A DNA stretch of 63,397 bases from Thermoproteota archaeon (lineage in GTDB: Archaea; Asgardarchaeota; Njordarchaeia; Njordarchaeales; Panguiarchaeaceae). The position numbers and the translations under genes were made by a program. Location of the stretch: assembly GCA_024720975.1 (NCBI GenBank), contig JANJXX010000001.1:1-63397 (forward strand), read 5' to 3'. The notes under the pieces are model-generated. The model was not told the DNA's origin. It made no database searches and saw nothing but the letters and a program-made list of their open reading frames with translations. Shown here piece after piece: positions 20,287 to 29,628 of this stretch. Position 1 is the stretch's first letter. The number at the start of each line of letters is the position of its first letter.

Positions 20287-20772
20287 TTACGAGCTGGTTA
20301 TTATCTTCTCGCTTTCTATTGTGTATATTTCGCTTTTTGTGAGCCTGCTCCAATTATTCAAGAAGTAGAACCGACCATAGACTTTTTTTCCTTCTTCAAG
20401 AACGAGAGGAAGCCAAAATTTGTCGTCTTCCCACATCTCATCGTAGGGAATTTTATCAATTTCGAACCACATCGGAGCTGCTTCCTCAGATTCTCTTGGC
20501 TCACCTTTGAGACCTCTTGCTTTAAAGACATGCACAAACCCATACAAGACTCCATCATTATAGAACTCTAACAAGCCAACCCACTCAATTTCTAAAGGTT
20601 CAGCCCCTATTTCTTCTATGCACTCTCTTATCACTGCTTGAAGAGGAACTTCTCCCTCTTCTACTTTGCCACCAATGCCGTTATATAATCCTGCTCCTAA
20701 ACCCCTTTTCTTTTTTATCAGAAGGACTTTTCCATTTTCAACAATATATAGTAGCGTTTCTACATTAACCAT
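20287..20772 (-). CDS. Nudix hydrolase, MutT/MTH1-like 8-oxo-dGTPase
   Basis: KKRGLGAGLYNGIGGKVEEGE...RECIEEIG; ESEEAAPMWF; EMWEDD. Confidence 0.9.
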   Translation of the reverse strand: MVNVETLLYIVENGKVLLIKKKRGLGAGLYNGIGGKVEEGEVPLQAVIRECIEEIGAEPLEIEWVGLLEFYNDGVLYGFVHVFKARGLKGEPRESEEAAPMWFEIDKIPYDEMWEDDKFWLPLVLEEGKKVYGRFYFLNNWSRLTKSEIYTIESEKIITSS

Positions 20773-20802
20773 TGAGATAGACCATACAAACCATGGTTAT
20801 GT

Positions 20803-21330
20803 TTACTCCTCGATAATAGGCTTTCCTTTTTTGAAGGTTATTCTGACAGTCTGTTCTTTGCTCTCTTCTTTTGGTTTCTCCTCTTCTATTGCCTCACGTT
20901 TTTCAACTATTATTTCACTCGATTTCCCTTCTGGTTCAACAACTGTCGGTTTGCCCCCTCGAAATGTTATCCTCACACCTCCCGGAGGAGGCTCTGGCAT
21001 TTTTTCTTCTATCCTTATTTCTCCAGCTTGTTCTCTCTTTTCTACTCTTATCTCACTTTCCTCTCCTACTCTTTGAGTGCCTTCTGGTGTTTCTATCACT
21101 ATCTCAGCGCCTGGATACATCCGCTCTAGTTTCTTCTTAAATTCATCAACATTAACATCTCCATGAACTTTTGCATGCACCTTTGTACCCTCTGGTGTTG
21201 AGCGTATTTCTATTGAGTATCCCATGAATCCTCCACCTCCAGGGAACTCTGGAAAGTCAAAGCCTCCAAAAAACCTCTTGAAGATGTCGTCATAAGGTTC
21301 TCTTCTCCTCTTTTTCACCATTCTAACCAC
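20803..21330 (-). CDS. Hypothetical protein with a small-HSP-like N-terminal region and an acidic duplicated tail
   Basis: RRREPYDDIFKRFFGGFDF...GYSIEI; two copies of SEIxVEKRE...VRITFxxGKP. Confidence 0.65.
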   Translation of the reverse strand: MVRMVKKRRREPYDDIFKRFFGGFDFPEFPGGGGFMGYSIEIRSTPEGTKVHAKVHGDVNVDEFKKKLERMYPGAEIVIETPEGTQRVGEESEIRVEKREQAGEIRIEEKMPEPPPGGVRITFRGGKPTVVEPEGKSSEIIVEKREAIEEEKPKEESKEQTVRITFKKGKPIIEE

Positions 21331-21523
21331 CCATTAGTATATGCTAGACATTCTAGAGTAATAAATAAACCCAAAATTCTCAATGCAAAGAATCTATGAG
21401 AAAATCTAATTGAGGACTGTGTTCAGTGATTTGCGAGAGATTCAGTCAAACAAGAAAACTAGTGATTGCAAGCCGACTTTACGCTTCAAACCACTTACTT
21501 TGTGCATTATTATGTCCTTTTCA

Positions 21524-22957
21524 CTAAGCTTGGCAGCTAATCTTTTTGCCTCTTACGAAGAGCTGCTGAATTCTGGCATTCCGTACCTCTTTGGGGTTGT
21601 GAATGTCCACGCTTTCTAAAGCTAAGAATGATGCTACATACCCTTCTCTCAGCTCCCCAAGTTTGTTCTCAGCAAAAATAGAGTAGGCTGCATGCGTGGT
21701 GTAACATTGTACGGCTTCAGCAAATCTTAGCCTCTCGCTTTCAATTGGGTGGGTCATTGCACCATATATGCCGTACAGTGGATCTGAAGGCATGTTGTCA
21801 CTTCCAAAGGCTATCAACCCAGCCTTGGCTAATATTGTTGCAAGTGGATTCATTCTCTTCGCACGCTCCCAGCCTAATCTCTGCTCGTATAAACCTCCTC
21901 TCTGTTGCCAGTTAGCGATGAAGTTTGGCTGCATTGATGGGATTATATGACATTTAGCCAGTTTGTCAATGTGATCGTCGTGGGGCATTTCAAAGTGTTC
22001 GATCCTATGTCTCAGCCCAGGTTTTGCCCATCTATACGCATTTAGAACTACATCTATAGCCGCGTCTCCAATGGCATGTATTGCTAGCTGTGCTTCTAAC
22101 CTATTTGCTGCCTTAATGAGTTCCTCCAAATGCTCCTCTGGTATCAATAGAAGTCCTCTACAACTTGGATCATCACTGTACGGTTCAAACAGATAGGCCG
22201 TTTTCGCACCTATAGAGCCATCAGCAATTAACTTAAAGCCAGTTATTATCCCACCATATTTAAACATTGTTTTGTCCAGCCCCTCTTGGATCTGCCTTTC
22301 TATCGACTCAAGGCAGTAATAAAAGTATACCTCCATGCACCTGCTAAGTTTTTTCTTAATCTTGTCCGAAGGCTCTACTATTGAACCCATGTCAGCTGAG
22401 GCTGCTATTCCCAATTTAAGCAAACTTTGAAGAGCTTTTATGGATGGTCCTAACTTACGCTTGCTTAGGAGCTTTCTAATAACAATGTATACATTATCCT
22501 CCACGATAATACCATTGCCAAAGTCCTTAAACATGTTTTCTGGTAACTTAAGCTTTTCTATCAAACCAGAATTCACAACTGCGAGGTGTCCATCTATACG
22601 CAATAGAAGTACTGGTTTATTCCCTGAGACTTCATCAACCTCTCGCCTCGTTGGAAATTCTCTTTCAGACCATGTAGATTCATCGAAATTATATCCAAGG
22701 AATAAGTTCCTGCTGTTTAGAGTCTCTTGAATCATGTTGAGTAGGGCTCTTTTGGACTTTACATTTGATAGATCAATCCAATTAGCTTTCATAGTATAGT
22801 TTATTACATGCGAATGTGCATCAATGAATGCTGGTATGACGATATTTCTAGTTAAATCTAACCTTTTACCGGGAGGACTTGTAAAAAAGCCTTTCCTTAT
22901 TCCAAGAGCTTGTCTCTCATTTGTTCTGATGTCGATGAATTCTATTCCTAGAACCAC
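21524..22957 (-). CDS. Amidohydrolase (YtcJ-like, amidohydro_3)
   Basis: PAFIDAHSH, KLIADGSIGAKTA, IHAIGD, RHRIEH, FGSDNMP. Confidence 0.9.
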   Translation of the reverse strand: MVLGIEFIDIRTNERQALGIRKGFFTSPPGKRLDLTRNIVIPAFIDAHSHVINYTMKANWIDLSNVKSKRALLNMIQETLNSRNLFLGYNFDESTWSEREFPTRREVDEVSGNKPVLLLRIDGHLAVVNSGLIEKLKLPENMFKDFGNGIIVEDNVYIVIRKLLSKRKLGPSIKALQSLLKLGIAASADMGSIVEPSDKIKKKLSRCMEVYFYYCLESIERQIQEGLDKTMFKYGGIITGFKLIADGSIGAKTAYLFEPYSDDPSCRGLLLIPEEHLEELIKAANRLEAQLAIHAIGDAAIDVVLNAYRWAKPGLRHRIEHFEMPHDDHIDKLAKCHIIPSMQPNFIANWQQRGGLYEQRLGWERAKRMNPLATILAKAGLIAFGSDNMPSDPLYGIYGAMTHPIESERLRFAEAVQCYTTHAAYSIFAENKLGELREGYVASFLALESVDIHNPKEVRNARIQQLFVRGKKISCQA

Positions 22958-23064
22958 ATTTTAGCACCATGCTTTGAATATCAATTGCATACTTTGTGGA
23001 CAATAAAAATCGTAAAAAGGTATAACTTAAACTGAATAGTCTACAGTTTCGCAGTTGACTAAAC

Positions 23065-24087
23065 ATGAGCCTAAAAGAACTTATGAAAATACCAATGCCA
23101 GAGAAATATCTTAAATCCCTCACGCATGCAGGATATAAGATCATTGGGAAGTATGGCGCTTACGAACCATGTCACTACTTTAAGACTGCTTTGAGAGAGA
23201 GGATAATGTGCTACAAGTACTGGTTTTTCGGCATAAAAACTCATAGATGTATTCAGTGGTCCCCGGTTGTTGAGTGTAATCAAGCTTGCCTATTCTGCTG
23301 GAGAGTACATAGAGCAGATCTGAACTTACCTCCGTTCAAGTTAGAAAACCCTGAGTTAATAGACTGGGATGAACCTGAGGTTTTGGTAGAGCAAGTAATT
23401 GATGAATACTTTAAGTTATTGAAGAGTCTAGATCCACGCCATAATCCAAAAATTGATAAAGAAATGTGGGAAGATGCTATGAGGGGACCAGATCACTTAG
23501 CAACCTCACTCATAGGAGAGCCACTAATGTATCCCAGAATTGACGACTTGATGCAGATTGGCAAGAATAAGGGCATGACTACATTTATAGTGACTAATGG
23601 GACAATGCCACATGTGTTGGAGAGAATGCATACGCTTCCGCATCAGCTTTATATTAGCGTTGTTGGCCCAGATTTCAAGGCATGGGCCGCGATCACTCGG
23701 CCACTTTGGGACGCCAGGAGCCAGTGGGAAAGTTTGATAAAGACCTTAGAGTTACTTCCGTCCTTGAATGTTAGAAAGGTCTTTAGGATAACTGCTGTTA
23801 GGGGATATAATCTTATCCACCCTGAGAAATATGCAAAGCTTGTGGAGATGTCAGAACCAGACTTTGTTGAAGTTAAGGGATACTCTTGGGTTGGACGATC
23901 AAAAGAAAGGCTTCCTAAGCATTCTCAGCCCACAATGGAAGACGTTAGGGAGTTCGCATATTATCTATCTGAACTGACAGGATATGAAATAATAGACGAA
24001 GTGCCACGAGCTAGAGTCGTTCTTCTGTGGAATGAACGCACTCCCCTAGAGCTTCGCCCAAGAGATGTAAAGGGGGCAAAGAGATAA
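23065..24087 (+). CDS. taw1: 4-demethylwyosine synthase (radical SAM, tRNA-Phe G37)
   Basis: CYKYWFFGIKTHRCIQ, CNQACLFCWR, SLIGEP, VTNGT, FVEVKGYSWVG. Confidence 0.93.
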   Translation: MSLKELMKIPMPEKYLKSLTHAGYKIIGKYGAYEPCHYFKTALRERIMCYKYWFFGIKTHRCIQWSPVVECNQACLFCWRVHRADLNLPPFKLENPELIDWDEPEVLVEQVIDEYFKLLKSLDPRHNPKIDKEMWEDAMRGPDHLATSLIGEPLMYPRIDDLMQIGKNKGMTTFIVTNGTMPHVLERMHTLPHQLYISVVGPDFKAWAAITRPLWDARSQWESLIKTLELLPSLNVRKVFRITAVRGYNLIHPEKYAKLVEMSEPDFVEVKGYSWVGRSKERLPKHSQPTMEDVREFAYYLSELTGYEIIDEVPRARVVLLWNERTPLELRPRDVKGAKR

Positions 24088-24103
24088 TTCTAAGTCACAC
24101 TCC

Positions 24104-25147
24104 ATGGTGAACTTATTGTCAGATATAATCTTACGCTTTGTAAAACTAAATGGCGTGCGTATCCTAAGCGATGGAGACACTGACGGAGTATTCGCAACTG
24201 GCTTTCTTCTGAGGGCTCTGATACTGATGAATGTTGAAGAGGTATATAGCGGAAATGTAGAATATCCAAGGGCACGTGAAATGGAAAAACTAACGGCTAC
24301 GGGAAATATTCTTATTGAGCTTCACACTGAGAGAGGAATAAAGTATTCTGGCCAGAATCTTCTCATAGACCACCACCCAGAACCGCCAAGAGTTGTGCTA
24401 TATAGCGATCAAACTCCAATTCTCACCAGGAAGTACAATATATCAACCAGTGCGGCTGGACTCATTCACTACATATTTGAAAAATCGCTAGATGTTCCAG
24501 CGGATTTAGTTGAGCTCGTAGATCAAGTGGATTACAAGAACTACCAAGTCGAAGATGCCCACAAGCTTGCCAGAGCATTCATCATAAGTCGTAACATCCC
24601 AGATGAGAAGCTAAGAGATATTTTCCAATCCACACAAGTACAGGTGAAAGATGCTCCTTTATTTAAGAACCTTGAGCGGCTCATTCTCGCAAGTAGCCCA
24701 ATATACGGATTATTAACGCTAGCACTTGCTTTAGGAGATTATGACTCGATATATGAGTGGATCTTCTATGAGAGTCAAAGATTTGAAAACGAGATTGTGC
24801 CGACCGTCAAGAAGCTATATAGTCGTGCCACGAGGATTGGTAATCTCAGCTACGTTGTGTATAATTACGGAGATTTGAAGGAAAGAACTGCAGCAGATGA
24901 CGTCTTCTATATTCTACAGAGAGAAAGCGAGATAGCTGCAGTCATAGGAGTGACTACAAATGGATTCTCTGTTCGGATGGCGTCTCTTAATCCCGGATCC
25001 AACCTTATGAAATTATTCCTAAATATTTCAGATAAGCGCATAAAGGGAGGGGGAAGAGAAAACATTATTAATCTATACTTTCCAAACACATTCTTCACAT
25101 TGGCGGATGTCATAAATACGTTGTGCAGAGTGTCGCAGCAAGCATAA
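24104..25147 (+). CDS. DHH-family phosphoesterase
   Basis: DGDTDG motif I, LIDHH, SAAGL, C-terminal GGGRE (DHHA1-like). Confidence 0.75.
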   Translation: MVNLLSDIILRFVKLNGVRILSDGDTDGVFATGFLLRALILMNVEEVYSGNVEYPRAREMEKLTATGNILIELHTERGIKYSGQNLLIDHHPEPPRVVLYSDQTPILTRKYNISTSAAGLIHYIFEKSLDVPADLVELVDQVDYKNYQVEDAHKLARAFIISRNIPDEKLRDIFQSTQVQVKDAPLFKNLERLILASSPIYGLLTLALALGDYDSIYEWIFYESQRFENEIVPTVKKLYSRATRIGNLSYVVYNYGDLKERTAADDVFYILQRESEIAAVIGVTTNGFSVRMASLNPGSNLMKLFLNISDKRIKGGGRENIINLYFPNTFFTLADVINTLCRVSQQA

Positions 25148-25202
25148 TTTAGCTGAAACTAATGCTAAAAATGCAGTACATCGATGATTTATTCTAATAA
25201 GA

Positions 25203-26468
25203 TTACAACTTATATACTTCACCAACGTTAGGAACAACCACATCTATACCTGTTTCTTCCCTAAATTCCTCAGCAAACTGCGATATGTGAGGTTCTTCTC
25301 CATGCACTAAGAATATTTTCTCGGGGGACTCCAACTGCGATGCTATTTGCTTTAATTGCGTCTTTCCTACATGAGATGATAAATCAAAGTAATCGACAAA
25401 AGCACTCACTGGGACTTCCTTACCGTCATGACTTATTACTCTCTCATGCAATACTTTATAACCGAGTGTTCCTGGTACTTGATATGATACAAATAATATT
25501 GCATTCTTTTCATTGCCAAATACTTTCTTCAAGTACCACTTGCTCCAACCGCCGAGCAACATCCCAGCAGGAGCGATGATTGCGGAGGGCATTTTGACAT
25601 ATTTCTTGCGTTCTTTCTTTGATCTCATCCATTTTGCTCTCTCAGATGCTCGTTTAAGCGCATACCAATTATTTATGAAATCTGGATGCGATAACATTAT
25701 GTTTGTAGCTGCCTGAGACATCCCATCTAAGACTATTGGACCTGCGAAGTCATGAGCTATCAGCGTTATCAGAACCTCTTGCGACCTAGCAATTGAAAAG
25801 GCAGGTATCAAACATGCTCCACCCTCACTTGAGACTTTGTTCGCTGTTTCAACTAGTGCTCTCTCTTGAGTTTTTCTATCAGGATGATCTTTATACGAAT
25901 ATGTTGCTTCCATTATCACTATGTCAGCATCGTGTACGATATCGGCAGCTGTTGTTAGCCAGCAATCTATTGTATTTATATCGCTCGTGTACCAGATTTT
26001 CTTCCCATCAACTTCAACAACCACTGAGGCTGAGCCCGGAATGTGCCCTGCATTGTGGAGTGTTATCACAACATTGTCTCTTAGAGCCAGTTGTGAGTTG
26101 TATCTAATAGGTATTCCTGAAGACATCATGCGTTGCAGTTCTGGAAATCCGAACGGAAGATATTTTCCTGATAATTTTAATTCATCTCTCAATAGCAAAT
26201 CGGACAATTCAAGAGTCAGGGGTGTTGCTATAACTGGAGGATTATACGCTGTTTTGAACAACCAAGGAACCGCTCCACTGTGGTCTACATGAGCATGAGT
26301 GATCACTACTCCAATAACCCTCATAGGATCAACTTTTATGGGAAGTTCAGGTGGGTTGCCGTGGGATGGTGAGGCCCCATAGTCTAGTAGCAGTATGTCA
26401 TTTCCCAAACTTAGTCCGATTGATGAATTTCCGATTTTACGTGCTCCACCTAGGAATATTAGTTCCAT
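25203..26468 (-). CDS. MBL-fold beta-CASP ribonuclease (aCPSF2-like)
   Basis: THAHVDHSG, AGHIPGS, MEATY, IPAFSIARSQE, SSHVG, LVHGE. Confidence 0.9.
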   Translation of the reverse strand: MELIFLGGARKIGNSSIGLSLGNDILLLDYGASPSHGNPPELPIKVDPMRVIGVVITHAHVDHSGAVPWLFKTAYNPPVIATPLTLELSDLLLRDELKLSGKYLPFGFPELQRMMSSGIPIRYNSQLALRDNVVITLHNAGHIPGSASVVVEVDGKKIWYTSDINTIDCWLTTAADIVHDADIVIMEATYSYKDHPDRKTQERALVETANKVSSEGGACLIPAFSIARSQEVLITLIAHDFAGPIVLDGMSQAATNIMLSHPDFINNWYALKRASERAKWMRSKKERKKYVKMPSAIIAPAGMLLGGWSKWYLKKVFGNEKNAILFVSYQVPGTLGYKVLHERVISHDGKEVPVSAFVDYFDLSSHVGKTQLKQIASQLESPEKIFLVHGEEPHISQFAEEFREETGIDVVVPNVGEVYKL

Positions 26469-26682
26469 TTTCTACACCAGAATTTTATGGCGTGCGCTTT
26501 TCAATTTCTGCGAGCTAGTTCTTTGATTGTTAGCAATAAACCTGCAATTGTTCAAACTCTCATTGAATCCAAGAAAGAAGTGAACGATTCATTTTTTATA
26601 AAGGGCTTATTTCACCTGTGTTTTCTCCAGCTAGATTCATCAGGCAGAGCAACCATAGTTAGCTAATGTAATTATGGATACA

Positions 26683-26732
26683 TCAGAGAGCCTGCCCTCT
26701 TCATGAGTTTCCGTGAGGGTAAGGTTCATCAT
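26683..26732 (-). ncRNA. Box C/D-like sRNA with mutually complementary guides
   Basis: Minus strand reads ATGATGA-ACCTTACCCTCA-CGGA-AACTC-ATGAAGA-GGGCAGGCTCT-CTGA. Confidence 0.75.
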
Positions 26733-27207
26733 CACATTCAAACTTTAAGCACATCCAAAACTTAACTATCCAATAGCTTTCTGAATGAATGCTTATATTT
26801 AACGAGATCCATATTACATAGTATCCTCTCCCCGATATACTCAGGGAATTAATGCACCTCCACGAATTTTAGAAGGGGGCAGCAAATATTTCTTCAAGAT
26901 CCATTAAGCCGTGGAGATACTTCGAAACATGAAGAGATTAAAATGCGAGATTACTCATTTCTTTGAACCGCCTTTTTGTTACACTAAGTGGAAGGTGAAG
27001 CACCAAAATACCCTCTACTCACACAAAAAATAGCACCTATACCAGCTCTACTTGAAAACGCTAGAGTATTGAAGTCAATTGAGGATTCGCAAAACTTTTA
27101 AAGATATTCTTCATACTAACTAATGATTGAACCAAAGCGAGAAACTCATAAGTAAAACTTATACTATATACCATGAACTTGCAGCAGTTGCATGAGTTGA
27201 AGAAACT

Positions 27208-27585
27208 ATGAGCTTGGAGGAGGCACAAATTCTTGAAGAAAGAGCCAAAGCATTCTTGAAGAACGCTGAGAACCTCTTCAAAGAAGGCGTGTACGACCTC
27301 GCAGCTTTCAACATTGAGCAGTATTGTCAACTGATGCTCAAGTATAAGCTACTAATCAAGACTGGAACATACCCGAGAACCCATTCGATTATAGGGCTTA
27401 TAAGGGAGCTCTCTAAGGTTGATGAAAGGGCACGCCAGCTTCTTCGAGACATAATAATAGTTACGAAGATTGAGGATGCCTACATAGGCTCAAGGTACCT
27501 ACCACGTAGATACGAAAGAGAAGAAGTTGAAGCCATGCTTAAATACGCTAAAGAGGTATTTGAGGCTGTAATGAATGAGCTTTGA
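27208..27585 (+). CDS. HEPN domain protein (HEPN-MNT toxin-antitoxin pair)
   Basis: AAFNIEQYCQLMLK, YPRTHSI, DAYIGSRY. Confidence 0.88.
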   Translation: MSLEEAQILEERAKAFLKNAENLFKEGVYDLAAFNIEQYCQLMLKYKLLIKTGTYPRTHSIIGLIRELSKVDERARQLLRDIIIVTKIEDAYIGSRYLPRRYEREEVEAMLKYAKEVFEAVMNEL

Positions 27586-27901
27586 TTTGTACATCGAGCG
27601 CGGGCTTAAAAACTTGGAGGCCATGAAGAATTACATAATTATTGCTAGGAAAGTTAAGAACATAGTGTTAATGTATGCTCCTGATGCCAAAGTCTATGTG
27701 TTTGGCTCCGTAGTGGAGGGAAAATATACTGCAGGCAGTGACATAGATATACTGATAGTAACTAGTCTAGAGGGCGAAGAGATTTACAGAATGAAGGCGA
27801 AAGTCTATGAGGAGCTTGATGCACCAATACAGCTACATGTAGTGCATCCAACCAAGCTACATTGGTACACGAGATTTGCAAGCAAACTCGTAGAAGTCTA
27901 A
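27575..27901 (+). CDS. Minimal nucleotidyltransferase (MNT)
   Basis: VYVFGSVVEG...SDIDILIV; overlaps the HEPN gene. Confidence 0.9.
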   Translation: MSFDLYIERGLKNLEAMKNYIIIARKVKNIVLMYAPDAKVYVFGSVVEGKYTAGSDIDILIVTSLEGEEIYRMKAKVYEELDAPIQLHVVHPTKLHWYTRFASKLVEV

Positions 27902-27999
27902 GTTGTCTAATAGCAGATTGCACGATACCTTTAACTAGCCATTAGATTTCTAGAGTGCATAACTTTCGTCATGTTTAGTCCCTACAGGAATGAGGTTAT

Positions 28000-28611
28000 T
28001 CATCTTTGTTTAAAGCACTTAACAACCATTATCCTTTCAAAGAAGAAGGACTTTGATTCGAGGATTTCATAATTAAGTCCTTGCTTTCTAATTATCTCAA
28101 ATACCTCCTCTGGCTTTGAGAGAGATGATAGAACTATATATGCCTCACCGTTTGGTCTTAGGTATCTCGGGAGATCTTTCAAAAACCTTATTATAGTCTC
28201 ATTGCCTTTCTTTCCACCGACTACTGACATCTTATCGTAGTGATCTAAGAGGAAGTCAAAATCATCCTCTGGCAAGTAGGGTGGGTTAAAAACTATAGTA
28301 TCAAATTTTTCATTTAAGCCTGCGAATAAGTCTCCAACTATGAATCGAATTTTAACATTATTTTGTGTTGCATTTTCTTTAGCTACTTCAATCGCTTTAG
28401 GATTTATGTCAGTGGCTGTTACATCACAACCTAATTTCGCTAACAGGATGGCGATTGCTCCAGAACCTGTTCCTATTTCCAGAGCCTTTGAGAATGGTTT
28501 TATATTCCTGATAACAGCTTTCGCAAGAAGCTCTGTGTCGTCTGAAGGTTCATAAACATATTCATTGACTACTAGTTTAATCCCCATGAACTCAATAGTC
28601 CGTCTCTTCAT
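28000..28611 (-). CDS. HemK2/PrmC-like release-factor glutamine methyltransferase
   Basis: VYEPSDDTELL, LEIGTGSG, FNPPYLP. Confidence 0.9.
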   Translation of the reverse strand: MKRRTIEFMGIKLVVNEYVYEPSDDTELLAKAVIRNIKPFSKALEIGTGSGAIAILLAKLGCDVTATDINPKAIEVAKENATQNNVKIRFIVGDLFAGLNEKFDTIVFNPPYLPEDDFDFLLDHYDKMSVVGGKKGNETIIRFLKDLPRYLRPNGEAYIVLSSLSKPEEVFEIIRKQGLNYEILESKSFFFERIMVVKCFKQR

Positions 28612-29413
28612 CTGTCGGACCTAAAGCCTCTTCCTTCTTTCTCCTAGCCTCTAAGATTTTCTGCGTAACTTCTTCTGGAAGGGAGAAATCTTCACGCGAT
28701 AGTGTCGTTATTGGTCGGAGAATTTCGAGTCCGCGGCCTTCCACTATATCTATTTCCCAGACTTGGCGATTATGATTCGTTTGGCGCATTTTCTCTATTA
28801 TTAGAAATCTCCGTAGGACACCATCCCTAACTGATCTTCTAAATCTTATTACACCATCGGCCACATGTTCTATCCCAAAGCCGAATGCGTCGCTTGTTGT
28901 AATTGCATATTGCGATGTTGCTAGTACTGTCATATTCCAGGGAGATAACGCCCTCTTAACGTAATATGAAAATCTTCTCGCCATAGCCGGTTTGTCCAGC
29001 CAGAAGGCCGACATCGAATCAATAACTACCCGAACATGACCGTATCCAATGCGTTTCTTAGCTCTTATAATTACGTTTACTAATTCTTTGACAGTAAGTT
29101 TAGATAGGGACCACGCATCTGATTTTTTTCTCATGAGAGCATCCACAATTATTAGATCCTCTGAACTTACGGCATTTAGGAAATTCCAACCAAAAGCTTC
29201 AGCTTGTCTAATTATAGAATCCCTGCTCTCTTCGGTTGTAACATAGATGCCAGGCTCCTTATTCTGAAGTCCAGCCCATATAAAATGCATGCAAAGAATT
29301 GTTTTTCCCGTACCTGGCTCGCCGGTAATTGCAACAAAGAAGCGCCTAGGAATACCACCTCCAATAAGTTCATCAAGTTTTGGAATGCCAATGGAGATTC
29401 TCTCAGTGCTCAT
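28592..29413 (-). CDS. KaiC-domain (RecA-superfamily) ATPase
   Basis: GIPKLDELIGGGIP, GEPGTGKT, VTTEES, VVIDS, EHVADG, IEKMRQT. Confidence 0.9.
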   Translation of the reverse strand: MSTERISIGIPKLDELIGGGIPRRFFVAITGEPGTGKTILCMHFIWAGLQNKEPGIYVTTEESRDSIIRQAEAFGWNFLNAVSSEDLIIVDALMRKKSDAWSLSKLTVKELVNVIIRAKKRIGYGHVRVVIDSMSAFWLDKPAMARRFSYYVKRALSPWNMTVLATSQYAITTSDAFGFGIEHVADGVIRFRRSVRDGVLRRFLIIEKMRQTNHNRQVWEIDIVEGRGLEILRPITTLSREDFSLPEEVTQKILEARRKKEEALGPTDEETDY

Positions 29414-29440
29414 TAGGGGACACCAAGCATTAGAGGAAAA

Positions 29441-29488
29441 TCAGCCCTTTGGAGCTTCTTCATCAATCCGACCCCTATTTCTCATCAT
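29441..29488 (-). ncRNA. Box C/D guide sRNA upstream of the KaiC-like gene
   Basis: Minus strand reads ATGATGA-GAAATAGGGGT-CGGA-TTG-ATGAAGA-AGCTCCAAAGGG-CTGA. Confidence 0.85.
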
Positions 29489-29628
29489 CTAAAACCAACT
29501 TCGACCAATTAAGTACCACACGAGACTCTAGAGAGTTTTTGGGTGTTCACTCTCAGGTGTGTGATTTTAAACATCTTCTAGAAAACAATATTAAAAAACT
29601 TCTCTTAAACTTATCTTATTTTGATGAA

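Noticed and set aside
26683-26732. Insertion sequence
   Set aside because: The hairpin resembles IS200/IS605 ends, but there is no transposase or tnpB remnant nearby; kept only as an alternative origin for the C/D-like RNA
26733-27207. Pseudogene remnant upstream of the HEPN gene
   Set aside because: No recognisable protein motif in any frame by eye
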